A stretch of DNA of 64,000 nucleotides from Promethearchaeati archaeon SRVP18_Atabeyarchaeia-1. GTDB taxonomy: Archaea > Asgardarchaeota > Atabeyarchaeia > Atabeyarchaeales > Atabeyarchaeaceae. Under the pieces are notes generated by a model. It made no database searches. It worked only from the letters and a program-made list of their open reading frames with translations, and was not told the DNA's origin. Below are positions 29,572-39,654 of the stretch, piece by piece. Both the position numbers and the translations under genes were made by a program. The stretch is taken from contig CP147779.1 in NCBI GenBank assembly GCA_037308085.1, forward strand, positions 1,472,001-1,536,000, in the 5' to 3' direction. Each line of letters opens with the position of its first letter. The stretch's first letter is position 1.

Positions 29572-31314
29572 ATGGCTGCCTTTGCTAATTCCCGAATAAT
29601 CGCGGAGGTTGAAACGGTCTTGGTCAATATGAACCCTTTGTTGGCATCAATGTCCGATGTAGAGAAGGAGATATTTGAAATATGGAAGGAATATGAGCCA
29701 GCCCTTGCTTTCGGCAATGGTCTTGAAGAATACGCGGGCAGAATGTTCATACCGACAGAGAGTAACATCAACGAAATGGGAAACAAGATACAATCCATAT
29801 TGAAGAAGACAAGAGAGAAGAACCAGCGGAAACTACTTGAATCAATGGGAGTAATGCTGGAGTTCCAAGAACCATACAAGGTCCTCTCGGTCGCCAGAGA
29901 CATCTTCTTTGCTCACATTGTAAAGGAAGGAATAAACAGTAAACACTTGATGTCGCTGGCGGATGATGCCGAGAAAGCCATAGCAGCAAGCAGAGAGCGT
30001 CTTGCAGGAAAGAAGTGGCCTACTGAAGTTAAGATAGTCACATGTCAGTGCAGTGGGGAACTCAAAGGAATACTAGCAACGATTCGTGAAGAAACGAATG
30101 ATCAAGGTCTGAAAGATAGGATTGATAGGCTCGTTGAGGCGGTAGACGACTACCGGAAGGTCTTCAATGTCGAGGGAATAGTTGAAGGCGATTTTACAGA
30201 GGTCTTCCCCATACTTGAGAAGCTTGGAGGAGACTTGGGGCACAAGAGGATTTACCCTCAAATACTGAAATATGGATTCGACTTCTATGAAACGCCTAGG
30301 CAGATCGAGGAAAAGGCCCTGAAGCAACTGAGAAAGGAATTACCACTATTCAAGGAAATCGTGCAGAAGCTTGCCAAGGTCTACGGTTGTGAGCCAACCT
30401 ACGAGCAAGTCGCGAAGGCGATGAATGAGAGGACTGCGATACCCAAGGCTAAGACGGTCGAGTTTGTTAATGAAATGAGGAAGAAGCTGCTCCCTGTTCT
30501 GGCGAAACACCTCGTAAGAATAACTCCAAAATACGACACAAGGGTAATTGAGACCCCTCCCTATTTGCTCAACTTCATAACCACAGCTGCGACGAGCGCT
30601 TTTGATCTTCTGACTGACAAGCCTTTCTCGATCTTCTTCGTCACAACTGACGAGAAGAGATCCCCCGCATCTGGTGCGGCCGACATCATTCAGACTATAG
30701 TCCATGAGGAGACTGGGCACTGTGTCCATTATCAGAACTCAGCCGCCGGCTTTGGAGCAAAACCCTCTCCTGCTGACCTAATGGATAGCTACCTCTCATA
30801 CGCAGTGAGCGACGGGATATCTTTCCACAGGGAGTACGAGTTTCTGGGGCTCCTGAAGAAACTTGCAGGCATGGACGAAGGCTCTCTTTCAAACGAGGAA
30901 AAGGGATTCCTCGATGCGATGAAGGGCAAAAGAGGCATCAGTGAGTCGTTACTGGAAAATGAGTTTGTGCTGATGCAATGGAGGCTCGTAAGATTCCTCA
31001 GGGCAATATTCGACTCCAGAGTCAACACCGGCAAACAGACAATAATCGAATTCGTGAAGTGGGCAAGCAAAACCACAGGCCTTGCTGAAAAACTGATATT
31101 CAACCAGACATGGATCTTCCTAGACAGAATAGGCTACGCCCCAGTATACTTCATCGTAGGGGACGCGCTGAGGGCTTTGCAGGAGAAAGCAATCAAAAAG
31201 GGAGTAAATGTCATCGATTTCAACACCTACGCTACATCAATCGGTTACGGCGCGAGAACTGTCTTCGAAGAGAGACTAGAGGACTACACAAGAGAGCACG
31301 GCACCAAAAAATGA
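29572..31314 (+). CDS. DUF885-like zinc metallopeptidase-fold protein
   Basis: ETPPYL, IVHEETGHCVH, YAVSDG, RFLRAIFD, GYAPVYFIVG; true start probably 29620-29650. Confidence 0.65.
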   Translation: MAAFANSRIIAEVETVLVNMNPLLASMSDVEKEIFEIWKEYEPALAFGNGLEEYAGRMFIPTESNINEMGNKIQSILKKTREKNQRKLLESMGVMLEFQEPYKVLSVARDIFFAHIVKEGINSKHLMSLADDAEKAIAASRERLAGKKWPTEVKIVTCQCSGELKGILATIREETNDQGLKDRIDRLVEAVDDYRKVFNVEGIVEGDFTEVFPILEKLGGDLGHKRIYPQILKYGFDFYETPRQIEEKALKQLRKELPLFKEIVQKLAKVYGCEPTYEQVAKAMNERTAIPKAKTVEFVNEMRKKLLPVLAKHLVRITPKYDTRVIETPPYLLNFITTAATSAFDLLTDKPFSIFFVTTDEKRSPASGAADIIQTIVHEETGHCVHYQNSAAGFGAKPSPADLMDSYLSYAVSDGISFHREYEFLGLLKKLAGMDEGSLSNEEKGFLDAMKGKRGISESLLENEFVLMQWRLVRFLRAIFDSRVNTGKQTIIEFVKWASKTTGLAEKLIFNQTWIFLDRIGYAPVYFIVGDALRALQEKAIKKGVNVIDFNTYATSIGYGARTVFEERLEDYTREHGTKK

Positions 31315-31348
31315 GAATCCATGGGCACAGCTCGCATCGACCTAGCAG

Positions 31349-32044
31349 CTATGTCTCAATCCTCGAAAGCAACTCGGGCAGACTGTGAATCACATTGATC
31401 CGGTTTGCCCCACGTCTTCTCATTTTTCTCTTTTTTGTTTCGAGAAGGAACGGAACCATCCCAGCTTTCTCAGCTCCGACATAGTCATTATCGTATTCGT
31501 CTCCGACGAAGACAGTTTCGCCGGGGTTGACCTTGAGTCTCTTGATGGCATACAGGAAAACACCGGGGTCAGGTTTCTTTTTTCCTACAGTATCCGCGGC
31601 GACAAGTATATCGAATGCGTCCCCCACATCAAGCTTCGGAAGTATCTTCTCGAGATCCGACTCATACCCATTTGTTACCACGCCGAGCTTCACGCCACGC
31701 TTCTTCAGTGCTCTGAGAACCTCAGACATGCCTGCGTGGGGTTGTATCTCCATGTAGTCGAACCAGTGCTTGTCAATCTCCTCGGCGAGTTCAGTGTCTC
31801 GCTCATAGATCCTGAGTCGATGAAGTATGTTTAGGTTCCATCGGACGTAGTACTCTGCATCTCCGGGAACCTTGCTTCCATATTCCTTCTTCAGCTCTCG
31901 CTCGGCTTCGAGCATCGCTTCCTTGACATCATCTCTGGATCTTCTAATACCCTTCAGCTTCAATATCCTGTGGAAAGTGTCATAGAGCTCAGCCGAGCGG
32001 ATTAGAGTTCCACCAAGATCGAATAGAACAGCCTTGGCTTTCAT
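31349..32044 (-). CDS. HAD-superfamily hydrolase (IA)
   Basis: FDLGGTL, VVTNG, KKPDP, FVGDEYDNDYVGAEKAG. Confidence 0.9.
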   Translation of the reverse strand: MKAKAVLFDLGGTLIRSAELYDTFHRILKLKGIRRSRDDVKEAMLEAERELKKEYGSKVPGDAEYYVRWNLNILHRLRIYERDTELAEEIDKHWFDYMEIQPHAGMSEVLRALKKRGVKLGVVTNGYESDLEKILPKLDVGDAFDILVAADTVGKKKPDPGVFLYAIKRLKVNPGETVFVGDEYDNDYVGAEKAGMVPFLLETKKRKMRRRGANRINVIHSLPELLSRIET

Positions 32045-32227
32045 GAGTGCGTGTTCAACTCCATTGCTCTGAAAATACAGATAGGCTTGCAGAATCTTCC
32101 TGCTTCCCTGAAAAACGCTAATGTCCTTAAATTCGTATCTCTTATCGGTTAACGCTGCAGATAGAAAGCGTTAATATAAGAGAAAGCCAACGTATGGGAG
32201 AAAATAGTGCTAGCTGGGTGAAGTAAG

Positions 32228-32383
32228 ATGGGAATATCGCTTATCAGACTGGCTTTACTCTCGATTGGTTTGACTCTATTAGCGCTTGTAATCAGTTTCA
32301 ATCTTGGCCAAGTGATCAGCGATTTTCTTGGCTTCGCCCACAATATCGCAGCATATCCCGGATATGTTGGCTTTCCGGGATGA
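32228..32383 (+). CDS. Small membrane peptide (51 aa) upstream of the NapH/MauN-like gene
   Basis: Manual translation MGISLIRLALLSIGLTLLALVISFNLGQVISDFLGFAHNIAAYPGYVGFPG*; TATA-like TTAATATA about 55 nt upstream. Confidence 0.5.
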   Translation: MGISLIRLALLSIGLTLLALVISFNLGQVISDFLGFAHNIAAYPGYVGFPG

Positions 32384-32425
32384 GCAAGGTTTCAAGGAAC
32401 TTCTCGCCTAGGGTGATATTCTAGC

Positions 32426-33400
32426 ATGCAGAGTGGAAAGGCTAAGGGAAAAGAAAAGCGCGAGGAACCCGGCGCCAAGTCTGCCACTCGTGAGAATGGA
32501 ATTCATCTTCCCATTCTCAGGATTCTGAGGTTCTTGATACAATTGCTTTCCTTCGTCTTGCTTTATGCCGGCCTCTTCCAACTCACATCCTTTGCATTTC
32601 CAATCCCTGTGGTACCTGTGCTTTCGAGTTCTGGTGCGCCAGGGGCGACGGCGATAAGCGCTTTGGATGCCCTTGAGCACGGATTGTCCGCTGTGATTCC
32701 GCTCCTGCTGGGAGTGGCTGTCGCTGTTTTCCTGTTGTCGGCAGTGCTTGTTGGGAGAGGCTTCTGCGCCTTCGTTTGCCCGTTCGGCTTCGCGCAGGAT
32801 CTTGTAAGCTTCATCAGGCGCCCTTTCCACATGAAGGAGACCACATTCTCAGTCAAGACAACCAAGAGCATTACCAGTTTCAAGTACTATATCGTAGCGG
32901 TGCTGCTACTATTGGTTGGCATAGCAGGGATCACAACGCTGATTGCAGGCAGGGCGTATGCCCTGAGAATGCTCGGAATCTTTAGTGACGTTCCCTTCTC
33001 TACCCTCTCTCCCGCTGACACACTGTTCGCGACGCTTCCAGAGCTGGCCATTCTCGGGGGACCTTGGGTAATGGGTTGGGGTGCCATACTCTGGTCAAGG
33101 GTAATAATCTTGGTTATTTCATTGGGCGCTGCACTATTCATTCCAAGAGCATTCTGCAGATACATATGCCCAATCGCTGGACTGATGGCTCCTCTTAACA
33201 GATACACAGTAATTGGGCTTGAACGAAACCCAGTGAAGTGTATAGGGGAGAAATGCAGGATCTGCGAAAGGGCTTGCCCCATGGATGTTCCCATCTTCAG
33301 CGGTCCAGACAAAAGATTCACTAAACATCCTGAATGCATAATGTGCCTAGTCTGCAAGGATGTCTGCCACAACAAGGCAATCAGGTTCGCGGTGGCCTAG
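32426..33400 (+). CDS. NapH/MauN-family membrane polyferredoxin (4Fe-4S binding)
   Basis: GRGFCAFVCPFG, RAFCRYICPI, CIGEKCRICERACPM, CIMCLVCKDVC. Confidence 0.88.
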   Translation: MQSGKAKGKEKREEPGAKSATRENGIHLPILRILRFLIQLLSFVLLYAGLFQLTSFAFPIPVVPVLSSSGAPGATAISALDALEHGLSAVIPLLLGVAVAVFLLSAVLVGRGFCAFVCPFGFAQDLVSFIRRPFHMKETTFSVKTTKSITSFKYYIVAVLLLLVGIAGITTLIAGRAYALRMLGIFSDVPFSTLSPADTLFATLPELAILGGPWVMGWGAILWSRVIILVISLGAALFIPRAFCRYICPIAGLMAPLNRYTVIGLERNPVKCIGEKCRICERACPMDVPIFSGPDKRFTKHPECIMCLVCKDVCHNKAIRFAVA

Positions 33401-33464
33401 CGAATCCCAGATGGCGAGAAAGACGCCAAGAATTGAGTAGGACAAAGTTAGAGTGGATTTATTT

Positions 33465-34034
33465 TCAGCGGCTCTTTCTATCCTTTTCCTTTCCTTCCTC
33501 TTCCTGAAACTTCCTAACCAAGGATGGCTTCACTAGATATTCCTCGCCCTTCTTGGGTGGCGATGTGGCTGCCTCCTTCACTGAGGCTCCCTTCTTGGAG
33601 GCTTCCAGTTCTTTCGCTTCTTCTTGGGCTGCCTTCGAGAGCGGCTTGACTCTTGATTCGACGAAGGCCATGAAGTTCATAAGCAGCTCAGTCGAAGCCT
33701 CGAAGTTCTTCAGGTAGAGGACTTCCTTATCCTCGGACCTCCGCGACAGGGCATCAAGAACCCACTTCATTACGTCGCCGGTCGAGCGCATCTTAGAGTT
33801 CAATTCACCAACCGACTTCGTGAGCCGCTCCAAACTAACCTTAATTTCGGCGAGCTGCGAACTCAACGCAGCAACTAGGTCCTTCGCTTCGCCCTTGGGC
33901 TGAACGGCAGTACTTCCATTCTGATCGCTCTGTTGCTCATCAGATGACGTCATCGAAATTGCCTCCGAAGAGAGAGAATCAACTGACAGAGAAACTATGT
34001 CTGACATTCTCTTATAATTGATCCCCTTCATCAA
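33465..34034 (-). CDS. Hypothetical coiled-coil protein
   Basis: Heptad LSSQLAEIKVSLERLTKSVGEL; start likely at MTSSDEQ (~33953). Confidence 0.55.
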   Translation of the reverse strand: MMKGINYKRMSDIVSLSVDSLSSEAISMTSSDEQQSDQNGSTAVQPKGEAKDLVAALSSQLAEIKVSLERLTKSVGELNSKMRSTGDVMKWVLDALSRRSEDKEVLYLKNFEASTELLMNFMAFVESRVKPLSKAAQEEAKELEASKKGASVKEAATSPPKKGEEYLVKPSLVRKFQEEEGKEKDRKSR

Positions 34035-34228
34035 ACCCCGCGTCGGCTCCCTGCTCCGGTCGAAGGTCGAGAATAGCAGACGAATGCGATCAGAATAGGG
34101 TAGGCTATTGCGGAGATCACAAGGAGGATGTTACAAACCATGAAACCGATATGAACTAGCAGATATCTTTATCTGTTAACCTCGAAGAATGGCTGAGTAC
34201 AAGAACTGGAAATGGGGTAATTTCGTAC

Positions 34229-36610
34229 ATGAATTCTAAGGCAATGAAGATAGCACCACTGTTCTTCATATTGCTAATGACATTGAGCTCGATAACATAT
34301 ACCCCAGCAGCGGCAACAAGCAACTCAACAACGATTACGTCAACAAATGCTCCAGCACCACACTTCGCTCCTCCTTTGGGTGTACACTGGACCAATTGGT
34401 CTAGCAGCTACGCCACCTATAACGGACACTTCTCCCAATGGAGAAACTCATACGTTGAGCCTAACAATGGAATGGACATCATAATGACAGCCAACTTGAC
34501 CTGCGATCCGCATGTGACTTACTCCAACGTATCAGTTGGGCTTACGGAATTCTTCACAGGCGCCACAGTCCCCAATGCAACAGGGCTGTGGTACGACATA
34601 TCCTTGCCCAGCGGCAACGTCCTCGACTCGTGGATGCACCAAATTGGAATCGACGGTTACCCAATGTTCTTCTACCTGCCAAGCGCATGGACCTATACTA
34701 CCATCGGCAACCACGTCTGGATTACGGCACCTTTCGACAGCTTCTCGCCGATTAACTTCGAAGTCATAGGCTACGACACGGTACTGGGTGTCAACTGCGT
34801 AGTTCTAAACCACGCGGTCAACACCGTAACCGACAATGCTACGTCCGGCGAGCACCACCAGACCGACCAGAACATCACCCTGTGGTTCAACACGAACAAT
34901 GGAGTCGACGGCGGCCTGCTCATGAGAATAATAGGGCACAGCTGGCAATACGATTCATACAGCTATGGCTATTACTGGTACAATAACAACATGGAACTGA
35001 GCATGGAGATAGGCCAGACAAACATCCTGGATCTGACATTGCCCCCAGTTGTGAATGGCATGGTTCCTTGGATGAGCACAGGCAAATACCTGCAATACAA
35101 CATTCAAGGCTCAGGCTACATTGATGCAAGGCTAACAGACCACGCTGGCATGGGAATGAACCTGCAGCTCCCCGGAAACACAAAGTTCAGAACAATAGTC
35201 TCAGCGAATTTGACGTTGAAAGTCGACAGAGGAACATCAGCATACCTTGACCCATACGGCAGCTCGAGGTACGTCTGGGTACTGCACCTGATGCTTAACA
35301 ACACTCAGTTGCTGTTACCAGACCTGCGCCGCACGATACAGTACCTTAATGCGACTGGTCTACCTGTACCTTACCCAGAGGGAGCCGACGAGATAATCGC
35401 GATGCTTGCACCTTTCAACAGGACGGGTCTCGTCGCTGACACATGGTTCCTAGTGGACAACTTGACTGGGCAGATGTACTGGCCAGGAGTCCACTTCTCC
35501 TTGCTCTCAGGATATAGCCCATCAATGACCGCGTCGATCGGAGATCTACTTTCTCAAGGACTCGGACTTCAATTGCTCTCATGGTTCGCGCAGAGCTACA
35601 TGTACCAAGGATGGAGTATCAGCAACCCTCCAGAGACTAGGATAATACACCAAGACGCAAGTGATATCTACACGAATAGAACAATAGATGGAACACTCGA
35701 TGCATCAATCACCTGTGTCGGAACCGAGTACCTCAACTTCCCAGGAGGCGGCGCCGGCAACTGTTGGAGAATCAACTCCAACCTTAACGGCCACATCGTT
35801 GAAACCGCCTTCCGTGATAACAGAAGTATCCCCCCTGGCAGCATGTCCCCAGGAGACTTCCTGGACAATAGCACCATGGCCATAATCGGCAACGGCTTTG
35901 TTGACATAGAGAGAACATCAGGGTTCCCACTCGCGCTTGGGTTGAATTTCCGCTTCACCCTCTCGAGTGAGCCTCGTTTCATGCCATACTACTGGTTCTC
36001 CACGTACGTTGATATAGGCCTTGACCTGTCAATGACGATTCCTCACACGAACATATGGTTCAGCAACCCACCTGTCCAGCTAAGCCTAGGGGCCACCGGG
36101 AACGCCACGACGCCAGGCGACTACTTCGGGAAGTACGGGTTCGCTGTGACGACGACGGGAGCAACTGGAGTCTCAGTCACAAGCTCAGCGTCCGCACCTC
36201 CGGGTGTTGGAACACCGCCGACCAGCAAACTTCCACTAGTCTATCTTAGCATCAACGTGGTTACACTCTCCGGGGGTCAGCCTATTCTCTACGTCTACTA
36301 CAACGTGACAAAGGTTACTCAGCTACACATAGACGAAAACAGCTTGGCAATCTACATCTGGAATACCACGTCATCTAGCTGGAATGCGCTACCAAGCACA
36401 CACTTGAGGCTGAACTCCACAACGGGAGTCATCTTCGCTGTGGTACCTCACTTCAGCTACTTCGCTGTAATGGGATCATCGCCTGGTACTCTAGGAATGC
36501 CGACCATATACGTCATCATCGCGGCAGTAGCAGTCATAGCAGTCTTAGCAGCAGTGGTGTACATAAGGAAAGGCAAAGGCAAGAGCGGGTTGAACGCAAA
36601 ACTCGCTTGA
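34229..36610 (+). CDS. Cell-surface protein with PGF-pre-PGF-like C-terminal domain and TM anchor
   Basis: Signal peptide; NxS/T-rich; IDENSLAIYIWN...W...VPHFSYFAV; TM plus basic tail. Confidence 0.75.
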   Translation: MNSKAMKIAPLFFILLMTLSSITYTPAAATSNSTTITSTNAPAPHFAPPLGVHWTNWSSSYATYNGHFSQWRNSYVEPNNGMDIIMTANLTCDPHVTYSNVSVGLTEFFTGATVPNATGLWYDISLPSGNVLDSWMHQIGIDGYPMFFYLPSAWTYTTIGNHVWITAPFDSFSPINFEVIGYDTVLGVNCVVLNHAVNTVTDNATSGEHHQTDQNITLWFNTNNGVDGGLLMRIIGHSWQYDSYSYGYYWYNNNMELSMEIGQTNILDLTLPPVVNGMVPWMSTGKYLQYNIQGSGYIDARLTDHAGMGMNLQLPGNTKFRTIVSANLTLKVDRGTSAYLDPYGSSRYVWVLHLMLNNTQLLLPDLRRTIQYLNATGLPVPYPEGADEIIAMLAPFNRTGLVADTWFLVDNLTGQMYWPGVHFSLLSGYSPSMTASIGDLLSQGLGLQLLSWFAQSYMYQGWSISNPPETRIIHQDASDIYTNRTIDGTLDASITCVGTEYLNFPGGGAGNCWRINSNLNGHIVETAFRDNRSIPPGSMSPGDFLDNSTMAIIGNGFVDIERTSGFPLALGLNFRFTLSSEPRFMPYYWFSTYVDIGLDLSMTIPHTNIWFSNPPVQLSLGATGNATTPGDYFGKYGFAVTTTGATGVSVTSSASAPPGVGTPPTSKLPLVYLSINVVTLSGGQPILYVYYNVTKVTQLHIDENSLAIYIWNTTSSSWNALPSTHLRLNSTTGVIFAVVPHFSYFAVMGSSPGTLGMPTIYVIIAAVAVIAVLAAVVYIRKGKGKSGLNAKLA

Positions 36611-36617
36611 AGATGAA

Positions 36618-36652
36618 AGATGGAGCCAAGAGTTCCATCCCAAACCTTTTTT
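36618..36652 (+). terminator. Hairpin plus U-tract terminator
   Basis: GATGGAGC/GTTCCATC hairpin followed by TTTTTT just after the stop at 36610. Confidence 0.5.
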
Positions 36653-36792
36653 ATTCCCTATTCTTCTTCTCCAAGAAGTCCTCAGCATCACGCCTCCAAC
36701 TTCTAGGAAGGGCAGCTCGTTACAGGATTAATATAGGCGGCTCGCCACCGTAAGAGCATGCTGCAAAACAAAGGGAGAAGGGCTGCCTCCAA

Positions 36793-37236
36793 TTGACTCC
36801 AAGTCTAGACACCCTGCTGCGCTTGAGTGCTAGCCCAGAGGACTACCTGAAGAAGGTGGAGAAGACCCAGAGAGCGCTTGAATGGCAGAAAGCCATGCAG
36901 GACTTCAACCCCGATCCCAGGATAGTGGAGAGACTGTCGAGGGCAAAAGAAAGGGCTACTGTGGCATGTTTCTCGGCATCTTGGTGTAAAGACTGCCTGA
37001 AGCATGTCCCTGCACTAGTGAAGACGCTTCAGAAAACAGAAAAAAGTAACATAAGGCTCGTGATGCTCGACTACGACCAGAACAAGAAGATCGCTGGGGA
37101 GCTCGGGGTGGAAGCGATACCCACATTCATAGTATTCGGGGGAAGTGGAACTGAGATCGGAAGGATTATCGAGAGCCCGTCCCCACCATTCAAATCCGTC
37201 GAGGATGAGCTGGCCTCCAAACTCAGTCAAAGGTAG
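36793..37236 (+). CDS. Thioredoxin family protein
   Basis: SASWCKDC, VEAIPTF, EIGRIIESP. Confidence 0.85.
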   Translation: MTPSLDTLLRLSASPEDYLKKVEKTQRALEWQKAMQDFNPDPRIVERLSRAKERATVACFSASWCKDCLKHVPALVKTLQKTEKSNIRLVMLDYDQNKKIAGELGVEAIPTFIVFGGSGTEIGRIIESPSPPFKSVEDELASKLSQR

Positions 37237-37343
37237 TGGCTGCGTTTCTGCGGTGGCGATCGGGCTCGCGGCGTTTCCATGCGGGAAAACGCCAATACGG
37301 AACAGAGTTGGAGAGGCCTTGGATCGTATCTCCTCGTAGGCTT

Positions 37344-38066
37344 TTACTCCACGACCAGCTTTCCTTCTCGAACTATGTAGGAGAACTCTCTAGTGGAGAA
37401 CTCGCGGCCTACCAGTTTCTTGATCTGAAGAATGGATCGCCAGTCTCTATAGTACCGCTCCTTTCTCAGCTCAAGAACACCGTCCACTATGTGTTCGATG
37501 GCTGAAACTAAGTGGCTGGAGTGAGCCTTGGTGTGAAGTGTGAAGAGGATTATCCCGCCGTACTTCTTCTGGAGGATAACTTGGTTCCGCATGAATGGGA
37601 ACACGCCTGTTGCTTCCGCTGCGCATAGGATTATCGTTGATAAGCTGTCAACAATGCCTCTAAAACTGGATGGGGGCTTTACCTTTTCCGAGTACGCCTT
37701 TAGGTTGTTGTGAATCTCCCGTAGGTCTGAGACATTATGGATCACGGAGTAGGGCTTTTCGGTTGGGGTTTCCTCGATGCCGAACGCGTTCATGAAGGTG
37801 AGTTTTCCGCTTCCCTGAACCTCTTCTAAGTTTATTCCCTGGTTGGACAGCAGTTCCTTGATAGTAGACGGAGGATAGTCAGTATTGAGAACAAATACAT
37901 TTTCATCTTTGTGCAGACCGCCTGCGACAAAAAGAGTGACCAATACGTCTGAGCTCAAACCGGTGTCCTCCTCAAGCAAGAGCACAGAACCCCGAGGGAC
38001 ACCTCCTCCCAAAGCCTCATCTAATACTGGTAAGCCAAACTCCCCACTCAACTTTGAAATCACCAC
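37344..38066 (-). CDS. KaiC/RAD55-like protein with degenerate Walker A
   Basis: FGLPVLDEALGGGVPRGS; EEDTGLSSD replaces GxxGxGKT; GIVDSLS; HIVDGVLEL. Confidence 0.8.
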   Translation of the reverse strand: MVISKLSGEFGLPVLDEALGGGVPRGSVLLLEEDTGLSSDVLVTLFVAGGLHKDENVFVLNTDYPPSTIKELLSNQGINLEEVQGSGKLTFMNAFGIEETPTEKPYSVIHNVSDLREIHNNLKAYSEKVKPPSSFRGIVDSLSTIILCAAEATGVFPFMRNQVILQKKYGGIILFTLHTKAHSSHLVSAIEHIVDGVLELRKERYYRDWRSILQIKKLVGREFSTREFSYIVREGKLVVE

Positions 38067-38297
38067 TTCAAAACCTCATGATTCACGTAACATCAGGGCA
38101 GACCCCAGTTAAATCAAGGGGCAGGACACAAGCTACTACAACATATCGTACAAATGTATTTATACCTTGACTTATGGCTCCCAACACCCTTTTCGGTGAC
38201 ATTCGTACACCGAAACGCAGATAAAAAGCTCGGGGTGTAAAGTCAAATGCCGTGCAAGTGAACTTGCGAGCTTTGCATAATCACCCGCGAGGGAACC

Positions 38298-38687
38298 ATG
38301 TTGGATTGTAACCGTTGTGGGAAATGTTGTGCTGATACATCTATGCAGCTTTCCCCACAAGATATCAGGCGACTGCAGAGACTAGGTTACGACCCCTCAG
38401 ACTTCACTACCAAGAAGGGCGGGTTCGACACGCTGAAGAACGTCAACGGAGTATGCTACTTCTTTGAAGCGAAATCAAACGCTTGCAAGGTATACGCGTG
38501 TAGACCTGAGGGATGCAGATACTATCCAATAGTGTACTCCATCGACGAGAGAAAGCCAGTGATTGACGGAGAAGTATGTGAAAGAACCTTCACGATAACG
38601 GGAGAAGAGATTAAGAGGGCTGCTCCAAGGCTGGCTGAGCTAGCAAAGCAGCTCATGCGCAAGGGTCTCAAACAACAGGAGGAATAG
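38298..38687 (+). CDS. YkgJ-family CxxCxxCC cysteine cluster protein
   Basis: CNRCGKCC...CYFF...CKVYACRPEGCRYYP. Confidence 0.88.
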   Translation: MLDCNRCGKCCADTSMQLSPQDIRRLQRLGYDPSDFTTKKGGFDTLKNVNGVCYFFEAKSNACKVYACRPEGCRYYPIVYSIDERKPVIDGEVCERTFTITGEEIKRAAPRLAELAKQLMRKGLKQQEE

Positions 38688-38689
38688 TC

Positions 38690-39154
38690 TTGCTATTGGA
38701 GGAAGATGCTGAGAGGCACATGAAGGATGGATACAACTGTGCAGAATCCGTTCTGCTCGCGTTTATTGAAAGCTGGGAAAAATACTTCAGATCCGGCGTA
38801 ACCTCGGCGGCCGCCACGGCGTTCGGAGGTGGAATAGGTAGAAGTGGGAACATCTGTGGCGCCCTATCTGGAGGCCTGATTGCCCTCGGGCTGGCGGTCG
38901 GAAGAACCGACGCAAAAGATGAAGAAGGAAAACAACAGGCGTACCAAGCTGCCAGAGAGCTACTGCAGGGCTTCCGAAAGCAGTGGGGCGCACTTACGTG
39001 CAGGGAGCTGACTGAATGCGACCTATCAACTCCGGAAGGCTACGAGAAATACCGCGAGTCGAAAATCCATGAGACAAAGTGCAGCAAGATAGTCCGAGAG
39101 ACAACCAGGACAGTAGCAGCCATCATAGATCGATTCAAGAAAGATCCCATCTGA
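38690..39154 (+). CDS. C-GCAxxG-C-C family redox protein
   Basis: GYNCAESV, FGGGIG, ICGALSG, TCREL, KCSKIV. Confidence 0.9.
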   Translation: MLLEEDAERHMKDGYNCAESVLLAFIESWEKYFRSGVTSAAATAFGGGIGRSGNICGALSGGLIALGLAVGRTDAKDEEGKQQAYQAARELLQGFRKQWGALTCRELTECDLSTPEGYEKYRESKIHETKCSKIVRETTRTVAAIIDRFKKDPI

Positions 39155-39654
39155 GGTCGCTAAGAGCTAATGTAGGGCGCTCTTCCACCCTTCTGGGACA
39201 CGCCCACGATACATCACCTCTTGGGCACCCAGGAACGCACCCAATTCCTCGATGGCACTGGCTACAGCTCCGCCTGTCTCCGGCGTCATAGGCGCGTCCT
39301 GCTCTGCGTAGACCGCGTTTATGATAAGCTTCTTCTTCAATCGATCCATCGCTGGATCAACTCGGCCGATTATGCGATCCCCGTGCAGAATAGGCATAAC
39401 GTAATAGCCATACTTCCGTTTCGCCGTATACAACAGCCTCGGAATTCATGGGCTTAGGTAGGCGTAGACAGGAGGATGGCCGTTTATATCGAGAATCCTC
39501 GCACGCTAGTATTGGTAAGGATAGGCTCCTATCCAGCGCGGATGTGGCGAGGAATGGACGAGCCGCCTATGAAGGTCGCGGCGGAGAAGCCACTGTAGGC
39601 ATGTCCGCTGAATCAGAAATCTTCCGAGAATGAGAACCTGCAAACACAGGGGGT

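Noticed and set aside
32381-32383. TGA as selenocysteine in the small peptide
   Set aside because: No redox motif context or SECIS-like element seen; treated as a stop.
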